Counted from the first letter of the stretch, positions 24,720 to 39,143 are shown. The stretch: DNA of 64,000 bases from Amoebidium appalachense (GCA_963693365.1 CAVNZM010000008.1:7698830-7762829); one strand, 5' to 3'. Notes: generated from the sequence alone by a model not told the origin. A program made the numbers and translations.

Positions 24720-26574
24720 GTTGCTCTGGGGTCCTTGTGGGGGTGCAAGTGGGGCAAAAAGCCCCCACTTCTCCCGTTATGGGCTTTGCAATTCCAAAAG
24801 CACGCTTAACGAGAATGCTTCTCACCTGGACGGAAAACGAAACATGGTGCCCGCCGGCCTATCTTTAAGCCAAAACAACCTCGAAAAGTGGGGGAAAAAA
24901 CACGGGTGTTATGTTTCATACTATTGCCGTTGGCTGCAATAGCAAACTTCTGGTAACATCAAGACACAGGATTGTAGGAAACACCGTGTGCGGGTGTTGC
25001 CCTGGCCTGCTGAACGTCGGCCGACAAAAGCAGTGGCCGGATCGGCTTATTTGCACCAAAACTCTTGTGTATGGGGATGTGCTGATGGTGGTTGGTGGTA
25101 ACCGTGGGTTGCTTGTGCACAAATGTTTAGAGTTGCAACCACACAAACCTAACAACGATTTTCTTGAGACAGAAACTAAACTGGTCTGGGTAAGCTACTA
25201 CACAGCCCTTTCGACTTGCTCGAGCGCTCCAAGAAGACTAAGGTCAACCACCCGCAACAGAGGTGAAGATGAGAAACAGAGACCTCAACAGACACAGGAT
25301 ACACCTAAGTGTGTTCGTGCTAAGTTCTCGGGTTTCACACTACTGAGCTAAGGTGTCCGGAAGACTGTGGGCTGGATGAACTCTATCGCCTCTGCTGCAT
25401 GCGTTATTCTATTACTCCGGCCATGACTTTTTCTGCCAGAGTAGCTGAGGTGCACATGGGGGTCTACACACTTTTTATTGCACTTACAGTCAACTTGACT
25501 CAATTGTAAGTGCGCTCGTGACGCGCCCGCCATGCCCGGATTCCCGCACTGACCAAGTTTTGCCAATGGTCATCTGTGCCAAAATTTTGGTTGAGAGGGA
25601 TGTTGCAGCCCCTAGGGGGGAACTAGCTGTGTGCTGCTTTTTATTTCAGGCCGGTGTTTCTTAATGTTTTCAACATGAGTGAACAGCGCAAGTACTAGTA
25701 TCTTGCACTTTTAAACCATTTTCAATAGTATCGCTGACTATTATGCGAGTAGCATCAGTTAAAGACCACTTTATACTCCTAAGACATTGGGTAGTTGGTC
25801 AGCTCATATGCATGACCTGCCCAAGTGGGGGTTCTTTACAGAATAAGAAATTAATTTTCGCAGTAGTATTCACCTCGATTTTTTGGTCCAATCTAATTGG
25901 CTGAACTGGAATTGTTGGGAATCAATGGGCCTTCTACGGCATTCGCTGAATGTCGGGAGCACAGCAAATGTTCCGAGGAAAAGCTCTACGTGCATGTAAA
26001 ACTTGTTATTGTTGTATATTGCATGTAGAACGGGCTTTTTTCCTCCATAAAATCAATTAATCATGTGGTAGAACTATTTTATGCCGTCACGCTCCATTAT
26101 TAGGTTATATTACATAAGAAAAACAGCAACACCGCGCTGCGGGGGTGTCAAATTGCGATTGCACTTCTTGAGAAAACGACTACCCTCCTCTGTTTGTTAG
26201 ACAATCCAATCGGAGGTAGCTTTAGCACATCCGCCGCAGCCAATCGAAATAATTCCTCATCCGATTGGTTAGTTTGTTTTCTACACAGAACCCACTACAA
26301 TGTCAACGGTGCCATGGTGACACTGACTGTGGCCCGCTACTCCGAGTAGGGTAACCTATTAGGCTAGAACGAGCAAGTTGATGGGCCAGAAATTTTCACT
26401 CAATATTTTTTATAACAGCAAAGTTTTAAAAAAAAGATTTCCATGTTCTATAGTCTTCTTGATTTAAGTGCTCCGGAGCCCTGTTGTTGTAGCGTTCGCC
26501 GCGTTGTCCGGCGCCGAGGTGACGTGCGTGACTTCGAACAATGGACCCATATCACCAGCGACATAATCTACATT

Positions 26575-26770
26575 GGGGCTGTGCACACTGCGCTCCGGAT
26601 TGACCAGATTTGCCTAATTTGGATCGGAGTCCAATCGATTCGGGGTCCACACTGATTCTTGCTTATCGGATGCTCCTGAATCCAAATTTGGATTGAGCGC
26701 GTCCATCCAGATCCGGATTGACGTTCGGTTAAACGAGCAGTTAATCCGGACGTCAATCCGAGCCAACCGG
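26575..26770. mobile_element. Palindrome-rich fragment, possibly a MITE end or relic
   Basis: Starts ggggctgtgcacactg, echoed by ggggtccacactg at about 26642. Repeated CGGATTG/CAATCCG motifs, a 16-bp palindrome AATCCAAATTTGGATT (26679-26694) and a hairpin of about 19 bp (26714-26760). No matching second terminus found. Confidence 0.35.
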
Positions 26771-28365
26771 AGCCTGCGACCCTAAAAATTAACCATAGAT
26801 AGCTATTCCGCAAAAGGATTGATGGTTGGCTGCTTCTTTATATTTTTGGGCCACTGAAATATCGCGTAGCTACATAAAGTTCGATTTTTGTTTACACAAA
26901 GTACGAAAGGCAGTGCAGTTGCTGCACCCGGACAAATTTAAAATGCATGCGCACTCAACTGGGGCATTTTGTAGTTTTTCTCCTGCATGTGTCAGTACCT
27001 AAACTCCTATTATCTGCTGTGTGCTGATAGACCGTAAGTAAGAATAAGAAGGTTCACATATAACTCGGGTATACCTATATCTGATGGTTCGCTTCGGGAA
27101 CGCGCGCGAAACCAACGTTGCCGCGGCGGCTTTTGGCACTACTATGGTGGTATATCAGCTGCAAAAATACTTTGATCCTTCCTCCTTTTTTTCTCTTGTA
27201 TTTCGATCTCTGTTTTCTATTTTAGGCGATTTTTTTTCCGAATGCACATTTTTCTTTGAGGGATCACATTCCGTGTTTTCCCATATATGGTAATGTATTG
27301 ACTTCGAAAGAAAAATCCTTTGAAGAGGGCTGACCACACCAAATGCAGACGTAAAAATGTGGCATATAAGATCATGATTATGAACCAATCATCTTTGTTT
27401 AAGTATAGCCAATCAAGTCGCATTTGCCAAAATCTTTAACCAATAGTTGCTGCACCAGCAGGAAAAGCAAAGTAAATAAATGATATTTAGCCACTGGCCT
27501 TTCTTTGCCTTCGGAGCAATCAAATATTATCCAGGTTACCTGGTTACACGGCTGTACGACGCGCGGTATAGGGCTTTGTAGTTCTGCTCTAATAGCACAG
27601 TGAAGCGCAGCGTGAGAGAAATAAATAGCGCTTTTTCACATTTTCTAACGTTTAGAAACAGAGAGAAAGAAATACTGACGGCTCTTGCGGCTGAAAGCGT
27701 CTTTATAGCCAATTTTATGTCGCTCACTTCAGATCCCAGTCGCATATCTTTTAACCAATCGTATCGCTGTAAATGGAATGCAATAGTGCCGATAAAATTC
27801 TGGCATGTGAGAATGATAAACCAATGGAATGATCTGAATGTCAAACTATTTATCCAATCAATCCCGCTTCAATGTTTATCAGCTACATTCTTGGCGCGGG
27901 GCGCATGTGCATCCCGTGGCGCAGGCATGCGCAGGCGCGAATGTGGGGCCACATGCACGTGCTGTCTGTACATATCTATGCACTATACTACCCTTACGGC
28001 CAATATATATATTTTTATACAATGAACTGGTATTATCGCGTCTTTCTTCTCAATATTTTTATAAATACGGATGGGATACAACAGATGACCACTTCTCCTA
28101 CCCGAGGCCGGCCGTGCACCGTGTACACATGTGTGTAATCTGTGTGCTAGCGCTGATCATGACAGCTACATAATATAGTTATACTTTATGATGGTGCACC
28201 TGCTATGGCGCTTCCCCCTCCCTCCCTCCCTCCCCCCTCCGAGTCCTCCCCCCGCTGCCCCCCCCCCCCCCCCCTCGGGCATTCCCCATGGCCACCCCCG
28301 TACTTACCCCCTTTCCTCGGATTCTCTCCCATCCCCCCACTGATATGCAACCCCCCTCACCACGC

Positions 28366-28408
<43 letters not shown>

Positions 28409-28927
28409 CCCCCCACGCGGCCCCCCTGGCCCCGCCCTTCCCCCTCCCCCCTCTCTCACCCGCCCCTCCCTCCGGCCGGCCCATCCATTTTTCCGGCTCC
28501 CCGTGGCCACCACCACCCCTTCGATACCCAACTAGGCCTCGACATATATTTTTAGCAAATCGGTCCTTGGTAATGGCTCTACCTAGCGTGCCCCTACCAC
28601 TAGTGCCCCATGGCCACCCCTCCATAGTACCCCTCTTAATACTCTTCAACCACAGCCGTATATTAAAGTAAGGGAGTGCTGAATTTGAAACTGGGGAGGG
28701 GGTTCGGATGCTTGGGCTTTAAGATCATCATCAAATCAATATTAATTAAAATCAATATTCATCCCCCCCCCCCCCCCGCTAGGCCTCTCCCCCGGCCATG
28801 GCCCGGATGATCCATCAAGCTGACAAATTTCTTCCCCCGGCCCCCCCTAGGCCTCCCCCTCCCCCTCCGATCCCCTTCCGCCCAGGCCCGGCGGCCATGG
28901 CATTTCTATAAACCGTCCCACGGGCCG

Positions 28928-28968
<41 letters not shown>

Positions 28969-28970
28969 CC

Positions 28971-29052
28971 GCCGAGCCCCTGAGGCTCTATCCCTCTTTG
29001 GGTGGAGCCTACTATAAAAAACCGGTCCCAAATACTATCAATCATCCCCTTC

Positions 29053-29087
<35 letters not shown>

Positions 29088-29369
29088 TTCCTCGCCCCCC
29101 AACCCAATGTTATTTTTCGCATAATCATCATGATTGCACGCCATTGTACCAAACAATCCCTCGCCCCCTCCTCCCCCCACCCCCTCCCCCCTCCCTCCCA
29201 CCCTCCCCCTTTTCTCCATTATTTGACTCCTCGTTCGGAGCTCACCAGGAGGCTTTGAATGGCAACCCCCTACTCGAACGGTCTACGTAGATTTGTGGAT
29301 GTTATTCTGGGTGTTGCATTTGATATAGTGAGGGGCCCAGTTAGGAAGTTGGTCCGAATAAATATTTCT

Positions 29370-29406
<37 letters not shown>

Positions 29407-30214
29407 CCGAGCCCCTGAGGCTCTATCCCTTTTTTGGTGGAGCCTACTTTAAAAAACCGGTCCCAAATACTATCAATCATCCCCTTCTCCCCCCCCCCCC
29501 CCCCCCCCCCCCCCCTTCCCTCGCCCCCCAAGCCAATGTTATTTTTCGCATAATCATCATGATTGCACGCCATTGTACCAAACAATCCCTCGCCCCCTCC
29601 TCCCCCCACCCCTCCCCCCTCCCTCCCACCCTCCCCCTTTTCTCCATTATTTGACTCCTCGTTCGGAGCTCACCAGGAGGCTTTGAATGGCAACCCCCTA
29701 CTCGAACTATCTACGTAGATTTGTGGATGTTATTCTGGGTGTTGCATTTGATATAGTGAGGGGCCCAGTTAGGAAGTTGGTCCGAATAAATATTTCTACC
29801 CCCCCCCCCCCCCCCCCCCCCCCGCCGAGCCCCTGAGGCTCTATCCCTTTTTTGGTGGAGCCTACTATAAAAAACCGGTCCCAAATACTATCAATCATCC
29901 CCTTCTCCCCCCCCCCCCCCCCCCCCCCCCCCTTCTCGCCCCCCAAGCCAATGTTATTTTTCGCATAATCATCATGATTGCACGCCATTGTACCAAACAA
30001 TCCCTCGCCCCCTCCTCCCCCCACCCCTCCCCCCTCCCTCCCACCCTCCCCCTCTTCTCCATTAATCGGCTCCTCGTTCGGAGCTCACCAGGAGGCTTTG
30101 AATGGCAACCCCCTACTCGAACGGTCTACGTAGATTTGTGGATGTTATTCTGGGTGTTGCATTTGATATAGTGAGGGGGTCAATCAGGAAGTTGGTCCGA
30201 ATAAATATTTCTAC
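28971..30214. repeat. Tandem triplication, unit about 420-435 bp with internal poly-C tracts
   Basis: gccgagcccctgaggctctatccct.. starts at 28971, 29406 and 29824; each copy ends ..ccgaataaatatttctac. Confidence 0.95.
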
Positions 30215-31217
30215 GTCATACTCCCCGGCCCCTGCCCTCCTTTCCCGGACCCCCCCCCCCCCCCCCCCCCCCCCTTCCCATACGTGACTACATGTATACA
30301 TATATAAATCGGCCCATCTTGGTTCTACCCCCCCCCCCCCCCCCCTCCCCCCCCACCTCCCCCCCCCCCCCCCCCCCCCCCCGCCTCCTGGCTCAGCCCC
30401 CACCCGCTTTCACATTCACCACTCTCCTAGACTAGTGGTACTGCCGTGAACGTTATCTGTGTGCTAACGGGTACATTGGGGTCCCCACGCAGTGTCCGTT
30501 TCGCTATGACTCAAGTGGTAGCCTATGTATGGTTGGCGTCGACCTGCCTTTGCCAGGGTCATGCATGGGCAACTATTAGAATGATGTCCGACTGTCGGGA
30601 ATATTTATCACTCAGTTGCTGCAGGCCAGGTGTGTCGGTGGTGTACTGTCACTGAGAATATTGATGCAATCAAAAAACGTGTACGTACGTGTACAACACG
30701 TGTCACATGGGTATACTTCGAGCATACATGCATGCTGGCAAACACTTACAATGGCCGGAGTGTGCGGGCATGATGATAATATGCGTCTGTGACAGTGGGA
30801 ATGGCACCAATTTGTGTCTGTGTGTTCATGTTACAGCAGGCCACTGTGTGAGTGTCCATGCATGCGAAATTTGCACTTGCGTACACGCTCGCACACAACA
30901 TGTGTGTGTGTGTTTGTGTGTGTGTGTGGGTGTGTGTGTTCCTGTGTGTGTGTGTATGTGTGTGTACGTGTGTATGCATATGCTTTATGTGTGTGTTTAG
31001 GTGTGTATGTGTGTGTGCGCGCGGTCGTGTGTTTGTGTGTTCCTGTGTGTGTGTGTAGGTGTGTGCATGTGTGCGCGAGCTTGTGTGTGTTTCAACGGTG
31101 TTCCTGTGCCTGTGTGTCACGGTGTGTGTGCGCGCGTGTGTTTGTGTGTTCCTGTGTGTGTGTGTGTGTAGGTGTGTGCTTGTGTGCTCGAGCTCGTGTG
31201 TGTATCAACGGTGTTCC

Positions 31218-31254
<37 letters not shown>

Positions 31255-31586
31255 GTGCGTGTGCGTCTGTACGCACCCAGAGGTCCGTGCACCCGTGGCC
31301 AGTGGTGATGGTTGATATGTATGCACGTGTCGGCTCTATGCCGCTGAGCGGGGCAAAGGTATGTGCACGTGCATACTTAGGATTTTTAAGAATAGTAAGA
31401 ATGTAATTGTAGCAGATGCTTCACATGAGCATGTCTTTATTTGCAACCCGTTTTACCTCACAGAGGCTACGGTCTCCCACCTACGTTTTGCATCTGCACC
31501 GAGGCAGGATGAAATATTCACAATAGGCTGTAAAATAGCCAAACCACTTTATAAACAGACAGCCGGCACATATCTGTGTGTCTGTC

Positions 31587-31666
<80 letters not shown>

Positions 31667-31777
31667 TGTGTGTGTGCACGCGCACGTGTGTGTGTGAAAG
31701 TACGAGTGTGTGTGTGTGCATGTGTGCGTGTCTGTTGCGTGTATGTGTGCGCGGGTGGATGCGTGTGTGTTGCCACG

Positions 31778-31819
<42 letters not shown>

Positions 31820-31910
31820 ATATGTGTGCGTGTGTGTGTGTATGCACGCACGCGTGCTTGTGTGTAATTGTATGTGTGCGTGTATTTGTGTGCTGTGTGT
31901 GCGCGCGCCC

Positions 31911-32049
<139 letters not shown>

Positions 32050-32482
32050 ATTTCGATGTGGGTGTTCGTGCAAGCTGACGTGGACTATATGAGCGAGTGT
32101 GTTTGCATGTACTTGTGTTATCAATTTCAGCTCTTCTGCACTGGCCAATCAATACACACACACGAGCACAAACAGGCATATATACACAAATACGAGCATG
32201 GGCGCACGGATGCCGCATACACACACGTACACACACATGCACACATGTACGCACGCACACACCAAATATCTGTGTATGTCTCTCTCTCTTGCTCTGTGTG
32301 TGTGTAAGGGAGAGAGAGCATAGAGAGGGGGGAGGTGTGGGGTGGGAGGGAGAGATGCAAAAAGATGATGCAGACACAAGCAAGCAACAAGAGAGCGAAG
32401 AACAGGATATGGATCAAACTAATACGGGGGGGGGGGGGGGGGGGGGGGGGGGGAGGGAGGGTGTGCGTGTGTGTGTGTGTGT

Positions 32483-32519
<37 letters not shown>

Positions 32520-32658
32520 TGCGGTTATGGGAGCCATGGGTTGTATGGGAATAGGCATTAGAAGTGCGACCATTGGGTGAGGAGGGAGAGGGGACAGGGA
32601 TATTGGGGATGGGGAGAGACTCGTGCCCAGGAGAGAAAATGGGCAGGGGGAGAGGGGG

Positions 32659-32694
<36 letters not shown>

Positions 32695-33153
32695 TGGGGT
32701 TGCTGTGCGCGTGTGTGGGTCTTTGTGTGTGCACAAGTATTTAAGTATATGCCTTGTCTGTGTGCATGCGAAGAGGCAGGAAAACACCCTTCTTTGGGCA
32801 AAGTAGCAGGCTGCAGCCGTCTGCGGTCGTGCAAAGTGCTTCTGGAGACACCGTAATTGTGCACATGCACAGGCAACGTTGTAGGTGTCAACTCTGTGCA
32901 AAAAAGTTGGTGTGTGTGTGCGTGTGTTTGTATGTATTTGTGTGCTATTGTGTACGTGTGTGTGTGCGTGTGTGCGCGTCTGTGTGTGTGTGTGCGTGTG
33001 TGTGTCCACGTGTCCGTGTGTGTAAGAGTGTGTTATATGTACGTGTGTATACGTCACGGTATGTATGTGTGTGTGTGTGTGTGTGTGCATGCATGTGTGT
33101 GTGCATGTCTACGTAAAGTGCAAGCCCGTGTCTACATGTGCGTGTATGCGTTC

Positions 33154-33198
<45 letters not shown>

Positions 33199-33419
33199 TA
33201 GTGTGTGTGGGTGTACATGTTTTGGGGGATCACGGTAAAGCCCATGCACAAAGTGCTTGGTAAGATTCAAGCCAATCCCAAGATGGTGCTTACTGCCCCC
33301 TCTCCCCCCACCTCCCCCCCAAACACCGAAACAAAAACAATAAATCCTTTCTTTTTTCTTTTCGGCTCTTTTTTAGTTCCGCTCGGAGTAAACTCCCTAA
33401 CATGCCACTCTACGCTTGC

Positions 33420-33504
<85 letters not shown>

Positions 33505-33558
33505 CGCTTGCATGTACATTGTGTGCTGCCGTTTGCTTTAATGCTTGCGCTTGCTTGT

Positions 33559-33595
<37 letters not shown>

Positions 33596-33769
33596 TGTAT
33601 GTGTGTGACTGTGTGTGCGCGCGTACTACCGCCCGTATGTATACCGGCTTGGTATCCAATAAAGCTTTTGGGTGTGGGAATAAGGGGGAGCAGGGGGGAG
33701 GAGGAGGCAGGGCGGGCAGTCGGGGGGGGGGGGGGGGGGGGGGGGGGGAGGCAAGGGGTATGATCATAC

Positions 33770-34840
33770 CCGATCTTCAGTGTTTACGTGTGCACCATAG
33801 TCCAGTAGTTCCTTTAAAAGGTGACTGTCGGGTAGACTGACAGACACGTGCAGAGCAGTGACACCGTACTGTGTGTGTACGAATGTTTGTGTACGTGTGT
33901 ACGTGTGTGTACGTGTGTGTGTGTGTACATGTGTGTGTGTGTGAACGTGTGTGTACATGTGTGTCACGATGTGCGTGTGTGCATGTGTGTGTGTGCGTAC
34001 ATGTGTGTGTTCATCTGTGTGTGCGTGTGTACATGTACGTGTGTGCATGTGTACGTGTGTGTATTTGTGTGTGCGCACATGTATATGAGCCACTGTGTGT
34101 GCCTATGCATGTGTGGTTCTGCTCTGGCTTGTGTGGACTTTGCCTGGGGGGGGGGGGGGGGGGGGAAAGGGCAGAGGGAGAGGTGGTGGAGGAAGGTTGG
34201 TTGGGGAGGGAACTATACCAAAAAAAAAAAAAAAAAGAGGGGGGGGGGTGGGGGGGGGTTACTATCACCACCACCAGATCTAGTCATGTGCACAGGCTGG
34301 AGTGACCATATTGAACAAACCGCTATCGCCACATTAGGGCAAAAAATACGGGCATTTCCTGTATGTTACCGGTTTACCCGTTTTCGGGTCGGGTTTCAAT
34401 ACCTTTGTTTAGGTACACCTTGATATGGGTCAGGTGTCTGAGTTCCGGGTCGGGCCAGACAATATGTAGTGACCATATCAAGAGTGGACAATATCGGATT
34501 GGGAGTGTGGCAGGGAAGGGAGGCGCGGAGAGGCGGCGGCCTGGGGGGCGAGGGGAGGGGTAGGGGGGGGAGTGCGGGAGAGAGCGATAGGAGAGGGAGG
34601 CGGGGAGGAGGGGATGGGGTGGCCGGGAAATAAAAAGAGAGAGGAGATTAGTGGAAAGGGGAGAAGAAAAGACGGAGGGAAGGGCGGGCGGGGCGGGGCG
34701 GGGCGGGGCGGGGAGGGGGGGGGGGGGAAACGGGGGCATACCAGGTCGGTAGCGTTCACGTTTACTGTTGTACATTTAAGGAAGGCCCACATTTCATGGC
34801 TCTGCTGACGAACTACTAGTTGCACCACTGGTTCACCCAT
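33770..34840 (-). CDS. Ankyrin-repeat protein, two consecutive 99-nt phase-0 exons; the gene probably spans much of about 30.6-44.9 kb
   Basis: Exon 34840-34742 reads MGEPVVQLVVRQQSHEMWAFLKCTTVNVNATDL and exon 33868-33770 reads YGVTALHVSVSLPDSHLLKELLDYGAHVNTEDR. Both have cag|..|gtatg boundaries and are 33 aa, one ankyrin repeat each. Other islands (about 31.3, 31.5, 32.1, 35.05, 36.7, 37.85, 39.9 and 40.3 kb) have splice-like ends, but I could not chain them confidently. Confidence 0.78.
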
Positions 34841-35125
34841 CTGCATTAAAAAGATATAAAAAATAAAAAATAGCAAAGGACCGGGTGTTAAAAGTTATGT
34901 ATTGAAAAAACAGGAAGTTCTGTTTGGAGAAAGCATATGCTAGGGCACAAGTATGCATTATTTTTTAGCTTGAAGAATGATATGTAATTGGAAATTTTAT
35001 TGAATATCTCAGTGGCTAGGATGAAGACATACCAACTGATATTCGAGCATTGCCAATGTCTTTGTTTTCGAATCTTCAGATACCGCACTACTCGTTCCCG
35101 ACCTCTCCCTCCCTCTTTCTCGTCC

Positions 35126-35168
<43 letters not shown>

Positions 35169-36168
35169 TTTAACCCTCCCCCTTCCCCCCTCCCCACTTC
35201 CCAAAGTTCCCCCGGGCAGGGGAGGAGGAGGAGGGGGGGGGGGTTATGCCACAATGGCGACCCCCCCCCCCCCCCCAACCCCTTCGAGTTTCCAGTTCCT
35301 TTCCTTTTCCTCCTTTTTGACGATAAACAGACAACAACTACATTTACACACATTTGCAGTTGCCCCCGTCCACCCTTTACCCTCCCCCCTTCGAGGGGAT
35401 ATTAAAAACATCCCACCCCCCAAAAAATTACAAAAAGAAAGGTGCCAGAAGAATGCAACTTCCTGCATATCTCTGTCTGAGAGAGAGAGAGAGAAAGAGA
35501 GAGGGAGCGGAGGCAGGGAGGGGATGCAGGGGGGAGGGAGGGACAGGGGGAGAGAGAGAAAGAGGGAGAGAGAGAGGGGAGGGGGGGGGGGGGGGGGGGG
35601 GGGTGAAGAGGAAGGGAGGGAGGAAAAAGGGAGGGAAGGAAAAATAGAGAGTTGGCGGGGGATGGGAGGAGAGCGAGAGATAGAGAGCGAGAGAGAGGGA
35701 GGGGAAGGGGGCTAAGCGGAAAAGGGAGGGAGGGAGGGAAGGTCGGTAGATCATCTGAGAGAGAAAGAGACAGACAGGGAGGGGGGGGGGGGGGGGGGAG
35801 GGAGGGGAAGGACAGAGGGGAAAAAGGTAGGAAGGAGCAAGAGAGGAAATGAGGAGAGGGCAAGGGGAAAAGTGAGCCCTAGGGAGGAGGTTGAAAAATG
35901 AGAGAGAGAGAGAGAGGGAATGAGAGAGACACGGAGAGTGGGAGGGAGGCAGGGAGGGAGGGAGGGAGGGAGGGAGAGGGAGGGAGAAAGGGAGAGAAGG
36001 GGAGAGAGAGAGGGAGAGAGGAAAAGAAGAAGGAAGGGGAGAAGGAGGGGGATGAAGGGAGGGAGGAACGGAAAGGGAGGGAGGGAAAGAGGGGGACGGT
36101 GTGAGAGAGAAAAAAAAAGTGGAGAGAGAGAAAGAGAGAGACTCTCTAGAGGGGGGGGTGGATACACA

Positions 36169-36241
<73 letters not shown>

Positions 36242-36734
36242 GAGAGAGAAAAGGAGACTGAGAAGGTGAGAGCTACAGTAGAGCGAGAGAGGGGAGAGAG
36301 AGAGAGAGAGAGAAAGAAAGAGAGACGGAGAGAGAGAGGGAGAGGGAGCGAGAGAGAGAGAGTGAGAGAGAGAGGAAGGGAGAGGGAAAGAGAGGGAGAC
36401 GAAGAGGGAGAGGGAGAGGGAGAGGGAGAGAAGAGAGAGAGGGGGGGGGGGGGGGGGGTGGAGAAGTAAGGCGTGAGGAGAGCAGGAAAGGAGGGGGGAG
36501 GGGGGGGGGGGGGGGCAACACCCACCCACACAACTAGTATAGGTGTCTGTGTAAGATTGGCTGCAGAAAAGCTTGCTGCAGCAGCAGCTGTTTTGAATGC
36601 TGGTGCGATTGTTCTATTGTTCTGGCACACCTGCACAAATGAGCAGTGTAAGAAGTTTAGTGCCCGTGTGACTCTGGTCGTACATGAATGACTGCACGAA
36701 AGAGCAAGAAACCCTACCAAACCGTGTGTGCATA

Positions 36735-36800
<66 letters not shown>

Positions 36801-36802
<2 letters not shown>

Positions 36803-37019
36803 ACATGCGCATGTCTGTCTTTGTGTGTGTGTATGTGTGTCTTTGTGTGTGTGTGTGTGTGTGTGTCCACATGCGCATGTGTGTCTTTGTGTGTGTCTTT
36901 GTGTGTGTGTGTGTGTGTGTGTGTGTAAGTGTGTTTGTGTGTGTGTGTGTGTGTGTCCACATGCGCATGTCTGTCTTTGTGTGTGTGTGTGTGTGTGTGT
37001 CTTTGTGCGTGTGTGTGTC

Positions 37020-37052
<33 letters not shown>

Positions 37053-37069
37053 ACATGCGCATGTCTGTC

Positions 37070-37103
<34 letters not shown>

Positions 37104-37257
37104 TTTGTGTGTGTGTGTGTCCACATGCGCATGTCTGTCTTTGTGTGTGTCTTTGTGTGTGTGTGTGTGTGTTTGTGTGTGTGTGCATGTGTGTGTGTAA
37201 GTGTGTGTTTGTGTGTGTTTGTGTGTGTGTGTGTGTCCACATGCGCATGTGTGTCTT

Positions 37258-37310
<53 letters not shown>

Positions 37311-37407
37311 ACATGTGCATGTGTGTCTTTGTGTGTGTGTGTGTGTGTGCATGTGTGTGTCTGTGTATGTGCATGTGTGTGTGTGACCACATGCGCATGT
37401 GTGTCTT
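36801..37407. repeat. Higher-order repeat: ccacatgcgcatgt(c/g)tgtcttt x 8, separated by variable (TG)n
   Basis: Motif at about 36801, 36867, 36957, 37051, 37121, 37237, 37309 (variant) and 37387. Confidence 0.9.
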
Positions 37408-38006
37408 TGTGTGTGTGTGTGTGTATATATATATGTGTGTGTGTGTGTGTGCGCGCGCGCGTGTGTGTGTGTGTGCGTATGTGCACGTGTATGTGTGCGT
37501 GCGGGGGCGTGAGCGTGTGTTATCTTACTAACGAGAATATAAGGTTTATGGAAATTTAGAGAGTGAAAAGGATTTTTCGACCTCTGAGGGGGGGGGGGGG
37601 GGGGGGGTAGGTAGAGCTGGTAGCTCATGCACGTGTATGTTTTTTGTGTGGCTTGTTGAGTGAGTGTTCGTGATGATGGGGTGGTTGGCAGCAGCAATGG
37701 GCACTTGACGAACTACAAATTATAAATATTTGCCTTTTTGCGTGACAATATTTTCTTTGTATGATAGGAAGCAGTAGCATCCCGCAGTAGGACTACAAAC
37801 CTTGCCGTGGCACTGTGTTAGCTGGAGAGCCCCCGGCAAGGAAACCGTGGCAGCCAATCCTGTACAAGCAGTAACATGAGTGTGTCTGGTAGTGTGTGCT
37901 TGTCCGGGGGGGAGGAGGGGGGGATAGGGAGGTAGACGGTGGGAGAGGTAGGGGGAGGGACAGTTCATATGAATCTATTGAATAGTTCTCACCGGCTGTG
38001 TATGTA

Positions 38007-38062
<56 letters not shown>

Positions 38063-38068
<6 letters not shown>

Positions 38069-38119
38069 TGTCCCTATCTCTCTCTCTCTCTCTGTGTGTG
38101 CATGTGTGTATGTTTGTGT

Positions 38120-38180
<61 letters not shown>

Positions 38181-38256
38181 TGTCTCTATCTCTCTCTCTC
38201 TCTGTGTGTGTATGTGTGTATGTTTGTGTGGGTGTATGTGTGTATGTTTGTGTGGG

Positions 38257-38291
<35 letters not shown>

Positions 38292-38322
38292 TGTCTGTCC
38301 CTATCTCTCTCTCTCTCTGTGT

Positions 38323-38374
<52 letters not shown>

Positions 38375-38430
38375 CTATCTGTCCCTATCTCTCTCTGTCT
38401 CTCTCTGTGTATGTGTGTATGTTTGTGTGG
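38063..38430. repeat. Compound repeat tgtc(c/t)ctatc(tc)n(tg)n x 4
   Basis: ctgtc(c/t)ctatctctctct.. recurs at about 38068, 38180, 38295 and 38379. Confidence 0.8.
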
Positions 38431-39060
38431 GTGTATGTGTGTGCGCGGCCACAGGCGGATTTGTTGGCGTGTTTGTATGTGTTGAAAGGGGAAAGGGAGA
38501 GGATAGGACTGGGCGAGGATCTGGATTACTCAAGCAGGAAGGATAGATGTAGGGCTTGCGGTTGGCATATAGATATATGGGGGGAAAGGAGAGGGCTACC
38601 GTGCTGTGTACTCTAGCAATCTGCACTGCATTTTGATCTGGTACTCAAAACATGGAAAATGGCAATCCTTTAACAACTACTACAGAACGGGTTGGCCTCG
38701 CCCCCTCCACCCCTCCCCCTTTCTCCTCCCTCCCCGAGCAGCATGGGATCTTGGACAAGTGGGGAAAGAGGGTGACGGGAGGGAGGAGATGTGTCCTGGC
38801 ACAGCGCCCGGAGACGCTGGTAAGTTCGTCGTGTTGACTCCTTCCATCCCTTGCGCGCGCGCACACACACATACTACCTACATATACACACACCCAGGCA
38901 CACACGCACACACACACATACACACACGCGCACGCGCCTCCCCCCCCCCCCCCCCCCCACACCCATACAAACCCATACACCCACCAACAACAACCCACAA
39001 CCACTCACACGTACACCCAAACTTGACACTCGCACATAATATTCCCCCCCCCCCCCTCCT

Positions 39061-39143
<83 letters not shown>

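Noticed and set aside
30750-30818. Ulp1/SENP-like IIIMPAHSGH motif
   Set aside because: No downstream exon supplies the following Trp or the catalytic Asp/Cys.
35428-37398. 656-aa ORF and the many other HTHT/CVCV/PPPP/GGGG/ERER ORFs
   Set aside because: Translations of microsatellites and homopolymers, open in several frames at once.
36801-37407. CRISPR-like palindromic repeat with spacers
   Set aside because: The spacers are just (TG)n of varying length, not unique sequence.
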